DNA of 64,000 bases from an uncultured delta proteobacterium (lineage in GTDB: Bacteria > Myxococcota_A > Polyangia > Polyangiales > Polyangiaceae): NCBI GenBank assembly GCA_963782055.1, contig CAWAIF010000003.1, positions 512,001 to 576,000 on the forward strand, read 5' to 3'. The notes under the pieces are model-generated. The model searched no databases. It was not told where the DNA came from and saw only the letters and a list, made by a program, of their open reading frames with translations. The position numbers and the translations under genes were made by a program. Of this stretch, positions 1-10,657 are shown piece after piece; the stretch's first letter is position 1; every line of letters begins with the position of its first letter.

Positions 1-1925
1 GACCGCAGCTTCTTGTGCAGCCCCTCGCGGGTGATGCCGAGCGACTTCGCCGCCGCCGTCTTGTTGTTCTGGTGCTCGCGCAAGGCCTCGATCAAAAGCC
101 ACCGCTCCACCTGATCCATCATCTCCTTGAGCGTCCCCTTGGCGGGCTTCACGCGATCCAGCGTGCCCTCCACCTGCCGCACACGCGGGGAGAGCAGGTC
201 CGGCGTGATGAAGCCGCCGGGATCGATCTGGATCACCAGGCGCTGCACCTCGTTCTGTAGCTCGCGCACGTTGCCGGGCCAGTCGTAGGTCTGGAGCAGC
301 TCCATCGCCTGCTGCGAGTACCCGCCGGCGGGCTTGCCCAGCTCCTGGGCGAAGCGCTTGAGGAAGTACTCGGCGAGCAGCGGAATGTCCTCGCGGCGCT
401 CACGCAGCGGCGGCACGCGCAGGGGGAAGACCTTCAGACGGTAGTAGAGGTCCTCGCGGAAGCGGCCCTCCGCCACCTCCTTCTCCAGGTTGCGGTTGGT
501 CGCGGCGACGATGCGCACGTCGACCTTCTTCTCCTGCGTCGCGCCGATGGGGCGGATCTCGCCCTCCTGCAGGGCACGCAGCAGCTTGGACTGCAGCGAC
601 AGAGGCATCTCCGTCACCTCGTCCAGGAAGAGCGTGCCGCCGTCGGCGATCTCGAACAGGCCCTTCTTCTCCTCGTGGGCGCCGGTGAACGCGCCCTTCT
701 TGTGGCCGAAGAGCTCGCTCTCCAGCAGGTTCTCCGGCATGGCCGCGCAGTTCTGCCCGACGAAGAGCTTGTCCCGGCGCTTCGACCGGTAGTGCACCGC
801 CGCGGCCACCAGCTCCTTGCCGACGCCCGTCTCGCCCTCGATGAGCACCGTGACGCGCGTGTCCACCACCTTGTCGAGCTGACCGAGCAGGGTGCGTATC
901 GCCGAGGAGGTGCCGATGATCTCCTGCTTGGCGCCGCCGCGCCCGCCGGTGCGGCGCTCCTGCTCGCGGCCCTTGAGGAACTGGTTCTCCTTGCGCAGCC
1001 GCTCCTCTGCGGCGCGCAGCCGGCGGACGAGGCGCGCGTTGGCGACCGCGAGGGAGGCGTTGTGCGCGAGCACCGCGATGAGCTCCAGGTCCTGCGAGGT
1101 GAAGACGCCGGTGGACTCGCGGTTGTCCAGCTGCAAGACGCCGAGGATCTCGTTGCCCTTCCAGAGCGGCACCGCCATCGTCGAGCGGATGCTCGCGCCC
1201 ATGAGCGACTCCGACTGGCCGACCTCCCGAGGGGCGTCCGCCGCGACGACCGCCGCGCGCTCGGTGATGACCTTGCGGAAGACGCTGCGGGTGATCGGGA
1301 TGGGGCCGGAGGGCTGCGGCTCGCCGCGCACGCGCGTCAGGATGGGCACGTAGGCCTGCGGCTTGGACCCCGCGTCCTCCTCGTCGTCGTCGCGGAGAAT
1401 GAGGGTGACGTGCGTGGCGCGCACCACGAGCGCGAGCACGGCGTCGGCGACGGCGGAGAGCACGTCGGCGAGGTCCTCGGCGGCGCCTATCTTCTTTTGC
1501 GCCTCGTAGAGGGCGCGCAGGCGGCTGGCGTCCTGCTCGATCTTGCTCGTCGCCGGGGCGATCTCGTCGATGCGGCGCACCGCGAGCACGCGCGCGTCCT
1601 CGTCCTCCTGCAGCGTGACCTTGAAGCGTACGCCCAGGTCGCCCTTGCCGAGCTCGACCACGTCCCCGGACTCGAGCGGGAAGGGGGCCTCGCCGTCGAC
1701 GCTGGTGTGCTCCCCGCCGCGCACGACGGCGGTGCCGTTGGTGGAGCCCAGGTCGAACAGGACGTAGCGCTCCCCCACGAACTGGATGCGCGCGTGATCT
1801 CCGGAGACGTGGTCATCGGGGAGAAGGAGGTCGTTGCCCTCGGCCCGACCGACACGAACGACGTCGGCCTCCGACTCGAGCCGCTTTCCCTTGGCCTGTC
1901 CGCTCTCGACCTCGATCCGGATCAT
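1..1925 (-). CDS. FHA-GAF-sigma54 enhancer-binding protein (Fis-type HTH); 3' end runs off the window
   Basis: Manual translation from ATG 1925 (absent from ORF track, no stop in window): FHA ([15 protein letters not shown]), GAF-like ([18 protein letters not shown]), Walker [46 protein letters not shown]. Confidence 0.92.
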   Translation of the reverse strand, partial: MIRIEVESGQAKGKRLESEADVVRVGRAEGNDLLLPDDHVSGDHARIQFVGERYVLFDLGSTNGTAVVRGGEHTSVDGEAPFPLESGDVVELGKGDLGVRFKVTLQEDEDARVLAVRRIDEIAPATSKIEQDASRLRALYEAQKKIGAAEDLADVLSAVADAVLALVVRATHVTLILRDDDEEDAGSKPQAYVPILTRVRGEPQPSGPIPITRSVFRKVITERAAVVAADAPREVGQSESLMGASIRSTMAVPLWKGNEILGVLQLDNRESTGVFTSQDLELIAVLAHNASLAVANARLVRRLRAAEERLRKENQFLKGREQERRTGGRGGAKQEIIGTSSAIRTLLGQLDKVVDTRVTVLIEGETGVGKELVAAAVHYRSKRRDKLFVGQNCAAMPENLLESELFGHKKGAFTGAHEEKKGLFEIADGGTLFLDEVTEMPLSLQSKLLRALQEGEIRPIGATQEKKVDVRIVAATNRNLEKEVAEGRFREDLYYRLKVFPLRVPPLRERREDIPLLAEYFLKRFAQELGKPAGGYSQQAMELLQTYDWPGNVRELQNEVQRLVIQIDPGGFITPDLLSPRVRQVEGTLDRVKPAKGTLKEMMDQVERWLLIEALREHQNNKTAAAKSLGITREGLHKKLR

Positions 1926-1932
1926 GCGGTGG

Positions 1933-3672
1933 TCACTGCCCCGCGCGCGCGCGGAGGCGGAGTGACACCTTCACGAGCGCGTCGTCCGCCTTGTTGGCGT
2001 TCGACTTCGTGTCGGCTTCGACCACCTTGTCCAGCGCGTCCGCGGCGGCGACGTCGCCCTTCGGAGCGAGCTCGTCGATCGCCACGCTCACGGCCAGCCG
2101 CGCGCCCGGGTTCTCGACCTTGCCGATCTTCGCCACGAGCGCCTTGCGGGTGGCGTCGTCGCCGATCATCCCGGCCATCGCCGCGGCCTTGATCGCCTTC
2201 CAGTTGGCGGTGGGCGGGCTGGAGGGAACCGGCTCGTCCAGGACCTTGACGTAGCAGGCCGCGTCCTTCTTGCACTGGTCCAGCACGCCCGCGGCGCGGT
2301 CGTACGCGTCGCGGAGGTTGGCCACCGCGCTCTTCTCGTCCTTGCTCATGGAGGTGGACTCGAGCGCGCTCAGGGCGGCGCCGACCATCTTCTTCTGGTC
2401 GGGCTGCATCACCTTCGTCGCGGCCTGGATGGCGTTGAGCTTGGCGGCGATGACGAAGTCGCCCTTGGCCGCGGAGCCTTCCTTCAGCATCCACGGGATG
2501 AGGGAGGGGTCGTTGAACTCGCTGGAGACCTGGAGCAGGCCGGAGCGCTCGCGCCCGGTGGTCTCGCCGCCCTTGTCGGTGATGGGCGGGAGCTTCGCGT
2601 AGAGTTCCTTGAAGTCCTCCACGAGCTTGGGGTCGTGCGGGAACCAGATGAGCGACTGCGCGACCGCGGCGCGGTTGGTGTCGTTGTCCAGCGACGGGAT
2701 CGCGGCGACGATGGCGTCCTTCGCGGCTTCCACCGAGGAGTACGAGAGGATGTCCACCAGCAGGATGACGTAGCCCTTCTCCTCCCCCCACTCGGGGTAG
2801 AGCTTGGCGAAGTCCGGGTCGCTGCCGGAGAGCGCGGCGGCGAGGATGGGCACCGAGGCCTTCGGCATCTTGAGGAGCGCCGTCTTCGCCGCGTTGGCGA
2901 GCTTCAGCTTGTTCTTGGTCATGATGACCGTGACGAGCGCCTTGCACGCCGGCGCGAACTTGAGCGCGCTGATCGTCTGCACCGCCGTCATCTGCCAGAA
3001 ATCGAGCTGGTCGTTGACGGGCTGGTCGGTGAGCACCACCGGCGCGGCGAGCATGGCCACCGCCTTCGGCCCGTAGGAAGGGTCCTTCACCGCGAGCACG
3101 GCGTCGTGGATGGCGTGCGTGGCCTGGATGGAGTGGCTCTTGGTGGGCGTGAACTTGGTGAAGCACTTCCACAGGGCGTCGATGACGGTCTGGTCCAGCT
3201 TGGTGCCGTGGTCGGCGAGCCAGCCCACGGCCTCGGCGGCGTACTTCACGTCGTCGTCCATGCCGCTCTCGTACTCGTTGAACGCCTTGGCGAAGGCGGG
3301 CGACGCGCGCTTGTCCTTCATGTCGGACAGCGTCTTCATCAGGTCCTTGCGGGTCTTCTCGTCGAGGTTGCCCGCGGTGTAGGTCTTGGTGAGCGGCTCC
3401 ACCGCCACGTCGAGCACCGCCTTCACCTCCGGGGAGTCCGGCTTCTTGCCGCTCCGGCTCATGGCGTCCTCGTAGAACTCGCCGAGCCGCTTGACCGCGG
3501 CCGAGCGCTGCGCGGGATCGTCCAGGCGCTTGACCCATGTCTTCGGGTCGTTCTCGTCGTCGCAGGCCGTCAGCCCCACACTGACCGCCACGAGCGGGCC
3601 GGCGACGGCGAGCGTGGGGAGGGTGATGCGGAGGGCGAACGAGAGGGCTTGTCCCAGCTTGCGCGTCTTCAT
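1933..3672 (-). CDS. HEAT/ARM-like alpha-helical lipoprotein
   Basis: ORF 1933..3735; ATG 3672 gives a signal peptide with lipobox LTAC; Ala/Leu/Lys-rich helical repeats; ends 7 nt before the EBP start. Confidence 0.7.
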   Translation of the reverse strand: MKTRKLGQALSFALRITLPTLAVAGPLVAVSVGLTACDDENDPKTWVKRLDDPAQRSAAVKRLGEFYEDAMSRSGKKPDSPEVKAVLDVAVEPLTKTYTAGNLDEKTRKDLMKTLSDMKDKRASPAFAKAFNEYESGMDDDVKYAAEAVGWLADHGTKLDQTVIDALWKCFTKFTPTKSHSIQATHAIHDAVLAVKDPSYGPKAVAMLAAPVVLTDQPVNDQLDFWQMTAVQTISALKFAPACKALVTVIMTKNKLKLANAAKTALLKMPKASVPILAAALSGSDPDFAKLYPEWGEEKGYVILLVDILSYSSVEAAKDAIVAAIPSLDNDTNRAAVAQSLIWFPHDPKLVEDFKELYAKLPPITDKGGETTGRERSGLLQVSSEFNDPSLIPWMLKEGSAAKGDFVIAAKLNAIQAATKVMQPDQKKMVGAALSALESTSMSKDEKSAVANLRDAYDRAAGVLDQCKKDAACYVKVLDEPVPSSPPTANWKAIKAAAMAGMIGDDATRKALVAKIGKVENPGARLAVSVAIDELAPKGDVAAADALDKVVEADTKSNANKADDALVKVSLRLRARAGQ

Positions 3673-3795
3673 GGCGAGCGTCCTTGGTTGGGCGGGGGCG
3701 TCGCGACCCCCGGGAAACGGGCAGAAAACACCCACCTCGGGGCAGACGCTAGCCCCAGAGCCCCGTGATCACAAGCGCAAGCGCAGTTCGGGCGG

Positions 3796-4974
3796 CTACC
3801 CGATGATCATCGCCTCGGAGAGGAGCTTGCCCTCCTTGAAGCGCCTCAGGTTCCACCGGTCGAACATGGGAAGGGCGGTCCTCTCCCGGATGTGGCGGGC
3901 GATCAGCTTGCCCACGACAGGCGCCATCATGAAGCCGTGCCCCATGAAGCCGGACGCCTGGTAGAAATCGTCGACCTCGTCCACCTCGCCCACGATGGGG
4001 TTCTGGTCCGGGGTGATGTCGTAGCAGCCGGACCACTGCCGCAGCACCTTGACGCTCCCGAGCACCGGGCAAGCCCGGGTGAGGGCCCGCGCGTAGAGGC
4101 CGAGGAAGGCGAAGCCGGACCCCTGGTCGATGCCGGGTGGCACCCGCGTCTGGCCCACGCCCCCCACGATCTCGCCGCGCGTGGACTGGCTGAAGTAGAG
4201 GCCGTCGGTGAGGTCGGCCACCAGCGGCTTCAGCCAGGGCTTGAGCGGCTCGGTCGAGCAGATCTCGTGGCGGTGCGGCTGGTTGGGCAGCTCCACGCCG
4301 AGCAGCCGCGCCACCTCCGGCGACCACGCGCCGGCGGCGTTGACCACCCGGTGGGTGCGGACCTTCTCCGCGTCCCCCACGTGCTCGCCGTCCGGTCCGA
4401 CCCGCCGCGTCACGACGGCGTCGATGCGGCGCCCGGTGGTCTCGAAGCCGATGACGTCGCGGAAGGTCTCCACGTCGACGCCCAGCTTGCGCGCGCCCTG
4501 GGCGAAGCCCCAGACGAAGGGCCAGGGGAAGACCACGCCGTCGTCGCCGTTGTAGCTGGCCGCGACGACCCCGCTCACGTCCAGCTCGGGGACGAGCTTC
4601 TGCGCCTGCTTCGGCGTGAGCATGCGCGTGCCCAGGCCGCACGCCTTCTGCACCTTCACGCTCTGCTCCAGCGCGCGGCGCCTGTCCTCCGAGCGCACCA
4701 GGAAGAGGTAGCCGCCCTGGCGGAACCACACGTTGATCTTCATCTCGCTGGCGAACTCGCGGCACAGGCGGATGCTCTCCTGCATCAGCCGGACGTTCGC
4801 CTCGCTCGACCACTGCGCGCGCACGCCGCCGCCGTTGCGCCCGCTCGCGCCGCCGCAGAGGTAGCCGCGGTCGAGCACCACCACGTCGTTCGTTCCCTCC
4901 TTCGCCAGGTGATAGGCGATGGCGAGCCCCATGATGCCGGCCCCGACGACGACGATCTCCGCGCGGTCCCGCAT
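3796..4974 (-). CDS. FAD-dependent oxidoreductase (DAO/sarcosine oxidase beta-like)
   Basis: VVGAGIMG Rossmann motif, GASGRNGG, VVNAAGAWS, TPDQNPIVG, GFMGHGFM. Confidence 0.9.
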   Translation of the reverse strand: MRDRAEIVVVGAGIMGLAIAYHLAKEGTNDVVVLDRGYLCGGASGRNGGGVRAQWSSEANVRLMQESIRLCREFASEMKINVWFRQGGYLFLVRSEDRRRALEQSVKVQKACGLGTRMLTPKQAQKLVPELDVSGVVAASYNGDDGVVFPWPFVWGFAQGARKLGVDVETFRDVIGFETTGRRIDAVVTRRVGPDGEHVGDAEKVRTHRVVNAAGAWSPEVARLLGVELPNQPHRHEICSTEPLKPWLKPLVADLTDGLYFSQSTRGEIVGGVGQTRVPPGIDQGSGFAFLGLYARALTRACPVLGSVKVLRQWSGCYDITPDQNPIVGEVDEVDDFYQASGFMGHGFMMAPVVGKLIARHIRERTALPMFDRWNLRRFKEGKLLSEAMIIG

Positions 4975-5002
4975 GCGCGAACAATGCTAGCGCAGAACCG
5001 GA

Positions 5003-5818
5003 TCAGCCGCCGAGCGCGGCGAGCACCGCCGGGCGCAGGGCCGGCGTGGTGACGAGGGTGCCGCCGAGCAGGTCGATCGTCCCGCGCGCGTAGTCCACCG
5101 GCGCCCCGCGCGTGTCGGACAGGAGCGCGCCCGCGCCCGCGGCGATGGCCCCCGGCGCGCACGCGTCCCACAGGCTGCCCGCCCTGCCGAGGTGCAGGTA
5201 GATCTCCGCCTCCCCCGCGGCCACGAGCGCCACCTTGATGCCCGCGCTCCCGACGCGCCGCACGTCGGTGATGCCCAGCCGCGCCAGCGCGTCCAGCGTC
5301 TCGGGGCTCGCCCGGGACCGCGACACCACGGCCCTGGCGCGCGAGGGATCGGCCTCGGGCGAAGCGCGCAGCGGCCGGCGCGAGCCATCGGCGGCGATCT
5401 CGAAGGCGCCGGCGCCCGGCCCGCCGGCGAAGACGCGCCCCATCGCCGGGCAGTCCACCACGCCGAGCGCCGCGCGGCCGGCGCGCGCCAGGCCGATCAT
5501 CACCGCGAACTCGCCGTTGTGGGCGATGAAGTCGCGCGTGCCGTCGAGCGGGTCGACGAAGAAGGTCTCCGCCGCGCCCTCGCGGGCGGCGAAGGTGGAG
5601 GGGTCGCTCTCCTCCGCCACCACCGGCACCCCCGGGGCGACGCGGGCGAGCGCGGCGACGATCTCCGCGTTGGCCGCGCGGTCCACCTCGGTCACCGGAT
5701 CGCCCGGAGACTTGTATTGTACATGGACCTGCCGCGCGTAGCCGTCCATCACGATGCGCGCGGCGTCACGCGCCATGCGCACCAGCTCCTCGAGCAGGGC
5801 AGCGTCCCCGCCGCTCAC
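5003..5818 (-). CDS. cysQ: Inositol monophosphatase family / CysQ-like 3'(2'),5'-bisphosphate nucleotidase
   Basis: DPVTEVD, VAEES, VDPLDGTRDF, WDACAP; GTG start overlaps the upstream stop (GTGA). Confidence 0.75.
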   Translation of the reverse strand: MSGGDAALLEELVRMARDAARIVMDGYARQVHVQYKSPGDPVTEVDRAANAEIVAALARVAPGVPVVAEESDPSTFAAREGAAETFFVDPLDGTRDFIAHNGEFAVMIGLARAGRAALGVVDCPAMGRVFAGGPGAGAFEIAADGSRRPLRASPEADPSRARAVVSRSRASPETLDALARLGITDVRRVGSAGIKVALVAAGEAEIYLHLGRAGSLWDACAPGAIAAGAGALLSDTRGAPVDYARGTIDLLGGTLVTTPALRPAVLAALGG

Positions 5819-6759
5819 GTGAGGATCCCCACCTTGCCGAGCACGCGCGGCAGCCGGGCGAGGGCTGCGTCGGGGAGGTAGCGCGGGCCGCCGCCCGTCT
5901 CGCGCACGAGCTGCTCGGCCTGCTCCACGGTGTGCGGGCCCAGCACCACCGACGAGACGAGCGTGTTGGCCAGGACGAAGCGGACCGCCGCGGCCCGGAG
6001 GGTCTGCACCTCGCCCTGGACGAGGAAGCGCAGCGCGTCGAGCTGCTCGACGCGGTGCTCCAGCTCCAGCCGCGTCCAGCGCTCGTTGCGGTGGTCCGCC
6101 TCCTCGAAGGTGCGCTCCCGCGACCACGTGCCGGCGAGCAGGCCGTAGTCCAGCGGGGAGCGCGCGAGCACGCCGGCGCCGGTGACCATCACGTCCCCGG
6201 CGACGCGGTGCAGGTCGACGGAGTGCATCAGGTTGTAGGCGAGCTCCACGACCTCCGCGTCCTTGTCCAGCGCGGCGCGGGCGATCTCGTCGGTCCCCGC
6301 GGAGACGCCCCAGTGCGCGATCTTGCCCTTGTCCTTCAGCGCGAGCATCGCGTCCACGGCCTCGCTGGAGAGCACGGCGTCCAGGCTCGGGTTGTGCAGC
6401 AGGTAGACGTCGATCACGTCGCGCCCGAGGCGCTTGCGCGAGCGATCCACGCTCTGCTCCAGGTACTCGCGCTCGAAGTGCTTGCGCGGGGGGTCGGTGG
6501 TGCGGTCGGTGCCGCCCTTGGTCACCACCACCACGTCGTCCTGCTTGGCGATGACGCGCCCGACGAGGCGCTCCATCCGCCCCCCGCCGTAGGAGTCCGC
6601 CGTGTCGACGAGGGTGATGCCCATCTCCAGGCAGCGCCTCAGCACGCGCTCGGCGTCCGGCTCCGCGACCGGGCCGTACGCCTCACCGGACAGGCCCCAG
6701 GTGCCGATCGCCATCTCGGCGACGTAGAGCCCGGTCTTTCCGAGGGCGCGCTTCCTCAC
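5815..6759 (-). CDS. Aldo/keto reductase
   Basis: RALGKTGL, GTWG, DTADSYG, VVTKGG, SRKRLGRDVIDVYLLHNP; GTG start 6759. Confidence 0.9.
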   Translation of the reverse strand: MRKRALGKTGLYVAEMAIGTWGLSGEAYGPVAEPDAERVLRRCLEMGITLVDTADSYGGGRMERLVGRVIAKQDDVVVVTKGGTDRTTDPPRKHFEREYLEQSVDRSRKRLGRDVIDVYLLHNPSLDAVLSSEAVDAMLALKDKGKIAHWGVSAGTDEIARAALDKDAEVVELAYNLMHSVDLHRVAGDVMVTGAGVLARSPLDYGLLAGTWSRERTFEEADHRNERWTRLELEHRVEQLDALRFLVQGEVQTLRAAAVRFVLANTLVSSVVLGPHTVEQAEQLVRETGGGPRYLPDAALARLPRVLGKVGILT

Positions 6760-6895
6760 CGGGCAGGGTGTACTGGACCCGCGCCCCGGCCTCAAGCTGG
6801 CGAGGCCCAGCTCCCTGGCCCCACCCCTTTGCCAAGGGCGCGGGGCTTTCGCCCCCGCCAGAACTTTACAGCCCTGTTTTCAGGGCGCTTTTTCT

Positions 6896-6921
6896 GGAAC
6901 CTGCGCCCCCGGACCGTGTCT
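6896..6921 (+). promoter_or_regulatory. Possible ECF-sigma-type promoter (GGAAC-N17-GTCT) for the AgmX-like gene
   Basis: ggaac ctgcgcccccggaccgt gtct, about 160 nt upstream of ATG 7081. Confidence 0.35.
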
Positions 6922-7080
6922 CTTCCGGTGAGGCGCAATCGAGCGCCGAAGACGACAGGGCGGCGAAGCCGGATGGTCCGAGCCGCCGCCCAACCACTGG
7001 GCACGTCCGCCGGCGCCACACGCCAGCGTCTCGCGCCCACCCACCTGCGCGCCACCGCGCGCACCGAGGAGGACTGTGTC

Positions 7081-8532
7081 ATGGCGGCGTATTCATCGAC
7101 GGGCGTTTCGGCAAAGGGTTTCGCGGCGGAGGCGGGCGACGCCAAGGGCTACGAGATCGACATCACCCTGTACTGGGGCAGCACCGCCGGGGGTAACGCC
7201 ATCGCCGAGCAGCACCTGCCCGTCGGTTCGAGCGTGCTCGTCGGCGAGGACGCCGCCTGCCACTTCACGGTCCCCGGCGAGACGCTCGGCGCGCAGTCGC
7301 ACCAGCTCGTCACCTGCGACGGCGGCGAGGTCACCATCCACCCGCCGGCGGGCGCCGCGGTCTTCGTCGATCGCTTGATGCATCAAGGGTCCTTCGTGCT
7401 GCGCGCCGGGCACACCGCGGACGTGACGGTGGGCGGCTTCACCTTCCGCATCGGCGTCGCGGAGAAGGAGAAGGCGGTCCCGCGCGCCTTCGCCAAGCTG
7501 GAGGACAGCGCGCTGCCGACGATCGCCGGCGCGGGGGTGTTCCACGCCGCCCTCTTCGCCGCCTTCGCCTTCTTCATGCCCGCGATGGGCAACGCCGACG
7601 ACGCGGGCATCAACCGCGACCACATGCTCGCGATGAAGCACTACATGTCCAGCATCGCCGAGAAGGAGCAAGACGAGATCGACCACGCCTCCGCGCAGGA
7701 CGCGCGCGGCGCCGAGTCGCAGGCCTCCGGCGGGGCGCGCGCCAAGGACGCCGAGGGCGCGATGGGCGGCCCGAAGCCGGTCACCAAGCCCGGCCGCTGG
7801 AGCGAGAAGGGCGACAGCAAGCCCGAGGACATGACCCTCGCCCGCCAGCACGCGCTGGAGGAGGCCGAGAAGTTCGGCATGATCGGCCTGCTCAGCACCG
7901 CGGAGGCCGCGGACCCCAACGCCCCGGTGGTGCCGTGGGGCAGCGTCGCCTCGGGCGCCGACCAGGAGAGCCACATGGGCAACCTCTGGGCGGGCGACAT
8001 CGGCGACGCCTTCGGCAGCGGCCTCGGCCTCACCGGCACCGGAGAGGGTGGCGGCGGCAAGGGCGAGGGGCTCGGCGTCAACGACGTGGGGGGTCTCGGC
8101 CGGTCGCTCGACAACCGCCTGGGCGCCTGCACCGGCGGCGACTGCGGCCACGGCCACGGTCACGGTCACGTCCCCGGCACCCACGTGGCGAAGGGCCCGT
8201 CGGTCCACTGGCGCAACCCCACGATCGACACCAACGGCCGCCTCGACCCGCAGGTCATCCAGCGCGTCGTGCGCCTGAACTCCGGCCGCTTCATCGGCTG
8301 CTACCAGGACGGCCTGCGCAGCAACCCGAGCCTGCAGGGGCGCGTCGCGGTGCAGTTCCTCATCGGGCGCGACGGCAGCGTGGCGACCGCCGCGGACACC
8401 TCCGGCAGCGACCTCGCCGACCCCGGCGTCCGCTCCTGCGTCGTGCGCAGCTTCTACAGCCTGAGCTTCCCCTCGCCGAAGGGCGGCACCGTCCGGGTCA
8501 TCTACCCCTTCAGCTTCACCCCGGCGGACTGA
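7081..8532 (+). CDS. AgmX/PglI C-terminal (TonB-C-like) domain membrane protein
   Basis: GAGGA SD; FHA-like N-terminal region, one TM helix, Gly-rich linker, C-terminal GRLDPQVIQRVVR..CYQDGL..NPSLQGRVAVQFLIG..LSFPSPKGGTVRVIYPFSF. Confidence 0.8.
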   Translation: MAAYSSTGVSAKGFAAEAGDAKGYEIDITLYWGSTAGGNAIAEQHLPVGSSVLVGEDAACHFTVPGETLGAQSHQLVTCDGGEVTIHPPAGAAVFVDRLMHQGSFVLRAGHTADVTVGGFTFRIGVAEKEKAVPRAFAKLEDSALPTIAGAGVFHAALFAAFAFFMPAMGNADDAGINRDHMLAMKHYMSSIAEKEQDEIDHASAQDARGAESQASGGARAKDAEGAMGGPKPVTKPGRWSEKGDSKPEDMTLARQHALEEAEKFGMIGLLSTAEAADPNAPVVPWGSVASGADQESHMGNLWAGDIGDAFGSGLGLTGTGEGGGGKGEGLGVNDVGGLGRSLDNRLGACTGGDCGHGHGHGHVPGTHVAKGPSVHWRNPTIDTNGRLDPQVIQRVVRLNSGRFIGCYQDGLRSNPSLQGRVAVQFLIGRDGSVATAADTSGSDLADPGVRSCVVRSFYSLSFPSPKGGTVRVIYPFSFTPAD

Positions 8533-10603
8533 ACAGCCAGTAGTGGAAGGAGGTGAACGACCCTCCCCGAGCGCGAAGCTCGAGGGGGGTCGTCGCCTTT
8601 GCGGCGTCCGCCGGTACGTCGAACGTCTGCTCCGTCCACTCGTTGCCCGGCAGCGCCAGCGTCGCGATCACGCGCCCGCCGGCCAGCACCTCCACCGCGC
8701 AGCGGTCCTTCGACTTCAGCCGGGCGATGCCGTGCGCGAGGCGGCCTGCGGGCAGGTGCACCACGAAGCGCTCGCGGGTGCGGCGCGTGCGTCCGCCGTC
8801 CAGCACCTCCCGGCCGTCGGGCGTCGAGCCGTCCTCCACCGCCTCCTCCCCGTCGCGCGCGCCGAGCAGCTCGTAGGAATGCGCGGCCTCGCTCTCCAGG
8901 TCGGCCACGTCCAGCGCGTCCGCCGGAGCGCCCTCCACCCGGGTCCACGGCTGCTCCCCGGAGCCGAGCAGGGAGTAGTCGGCGACGTAGGCGACCATGT
9001 CCTGCCCGCCCAGGATGGTGGAGTCGGTGACGCGCTCCTCGTGGAGCTGCTCGCCGAAGAGGGCCCGCGTGCCGAACCACTCCGGGTAGACGATGAAGTG
9101 CGTGGGCAGCGCGCCGGGGTCGGTGCGACGCAGCCGCTCGTAGTGCTCGACGCGCGAGGCCACCCCCGCCACCCAGTACCGCGCCTCGCCCGCGGTGGTG
9201 AGGCCGACGATGTCGAAGGTCTTGCGGTCGCTGAAGTAGGCGATGGCGCCGGTGTCGTTGACGCCGATGATCGCGTCCCTGGGCAGGTTGTCCTTCGCCC
9301 AGCGCGCCATGGTGACGTGCTGGCGGTAGATGCCGCTCGCCGAGTTGGCGACGTCGTCGATCGTCCAGTCCAGGCGCACCGCGAGCGCGCCGGCGAAGGC
9401 GCCGGCGATCATCGGGACGCCCCACCGCGCGCGCGGGTGGAGCGCGGTCGCCAGGTCGGCCAGCACCGTCGCCACGCACGCCATCCCGATGATCCACCCG
9501 GTGCTGAAGGGCCAGAGGTAGCGAAGTCGGTTCCAGAGGAAGGTCACGTAGAAGCACGGCGCGAACATGCCGAGCGCGAGGAGCAGCACCGCCACGGCGC
9601 GCCAGCGGCGGCCGGCGCGCCACCCCGCCACGATCACCGCCACCGGCGCCATCAGCACCAGCGGCCCAGCGCCCGTCGGCAGGAACTCCACCGACCACGT
9701 CTGCCCGTTGAGGATGGTGCCGGTGAGTGTCCTGGCGTTGGCGAGCACCGCGTCCCAGAGCGCGTGGCCGGCGTAGTACGGGTTGCCCGGCAGCAGCTTG
9801 ACCACCGCCGTGCTCGAGCGCGCGCTCCCTGTGAGCAGGTAGAGCGAGAGCGGCGTCACCACCGCGGCGAGCACCGGCGCGCCGGCCCAGGCGAGCTCGC
9901 GCGGGGTGCGCCGGCGCGGGAAGACCGCCAAGGTCACCGCGATGCCGAAGGCGGCGACCATGCCCTCCGGGCGCAGGAGCGGCGTGACGAGCGCGAGGGC
10001 GATGAGCTCCCAGCGACGCCGCGGGGTGCGCGTGTCCTCCTCCTTCCCGCCCGCCTTCGTCTTGCCCTCCGCCCACTCGCTGGCCCGCCGCGCGCACCGC
10101 GCCAGCGCCCACGCGAAGGGCATGACCTCCATGCCGCTCGCCGAGCACCAGGCGTACGCCGAGAAGCAGAGGACCATCGCCGCGCTGGCCCACGCGCCGG
10201 CGCGCCCGGCGAGCGGCTTCGCCAGGTAAAACGCCTCGTACGCGAGCAGGCCCTGCGCGGCGTAGGAGATCGCCCAGGCGGGCCAGAGGATGGAGAGCCC
10301 GCGGAAGCCCACCAGGTAGAAGGGCGCGAGCATCGCCGGCCAGAGCATGCTGGTGGCGCCGCTGGTGATGGGCGCCCCCGCCTGGTAGCGCAGCGGGTGG
10401 CCCTCCGCGATGGCCCGCGCGTACTGGAAGTGGATGAAGCTGTCGTCCAGCGTCGCGCAGGGGTGGCCGACCTGGGCGTGCAGCGCGGCGAGCGTCCGCC
10501 ACGCCAGCACCAGCGTCGCCACCGCGATGGGCAGGCCGGGCAGCCAGCGGTCGGGGATGCGGAGGCGCCACGCCCGGTCCTTCGCCTTGCGGTCGGCTGC
10601 CAC
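8516..10603 (-). CDS. Multi-pass membrane protein, GT-C fold glycosyltransferase-like
   Basis: LDDSFIHFQYARAIAEG..GATSMLW acidic loop, many TM segments, NDTGAIAYFS..DIVGL; start approximate. Confidence 0.7.
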   Translation of the reverse strand: MAADRKAKDRAWRLRIPDRWLPGLPIAVATLVLAWRTLAALHAQVGHPCATLDDSFIHFQYARAIAEGHPLRYQAGAPITSGATSMLWPAMLAPFYLVGFRGLSILWPAWAISYAAQGLLAYEAFYLAKPLAGRAGAWASAAMVLCFSAYAWCSASGMEVMPFAWALARCARRASEWAEGKTKAGGKEEDTRTPRRRWELIALALVTPLLRPEGMVAAFGIAVTLAVFPRRRTPRELAWAGAPVLAAVVTPLSLYLLTGSARSSTAVVKLLPGNPYYAGHALWDAVLANARTLTGTILNGQTWSVEFLPTGAGPLVLMAPVAVIVAGWRAGRRWRAVAVLLLALGMFAPCFYVTFLWNRLRYLWPFSTGWIIGMACVATVLADLATALHPRARWGVPMIAGAFAGALAVRLDWTIDDVANSASGIYRQHVTMARWAKDNLPRDAIIGVNDTGAIAYFSDRKTFDIVGLTTAGEARYWVAGVASRVEHYERLRRTDPGALPTHFIVYPEWFGTRALFGEQLHEERVTDSTILGGQDMVAYVADYSLLGSGEQPWTRVEGAPADALDVADLESEAAHSYELLGARDGEEAVEDGSTPDGREVLDGGRTRRTRERFVVHLPAGRLAHGIARLKSKDRCAVEVLAGGRVIATLALPGNEWTEQTFDVPADAAKATTPLELRARGGSFTSFHYWLFSPPG

Positions 10604-10657
10604 GTCGCGACCGAACACGCGCCGCCGCCGCGGGTCAAGGGGGAATATAAAGCTCCC

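Noticed and set aside
8516..8532. 17-bp 3' overlap of convergent genes
   Set aside because: Short convergent overlaps are routine in GC-rich genomes
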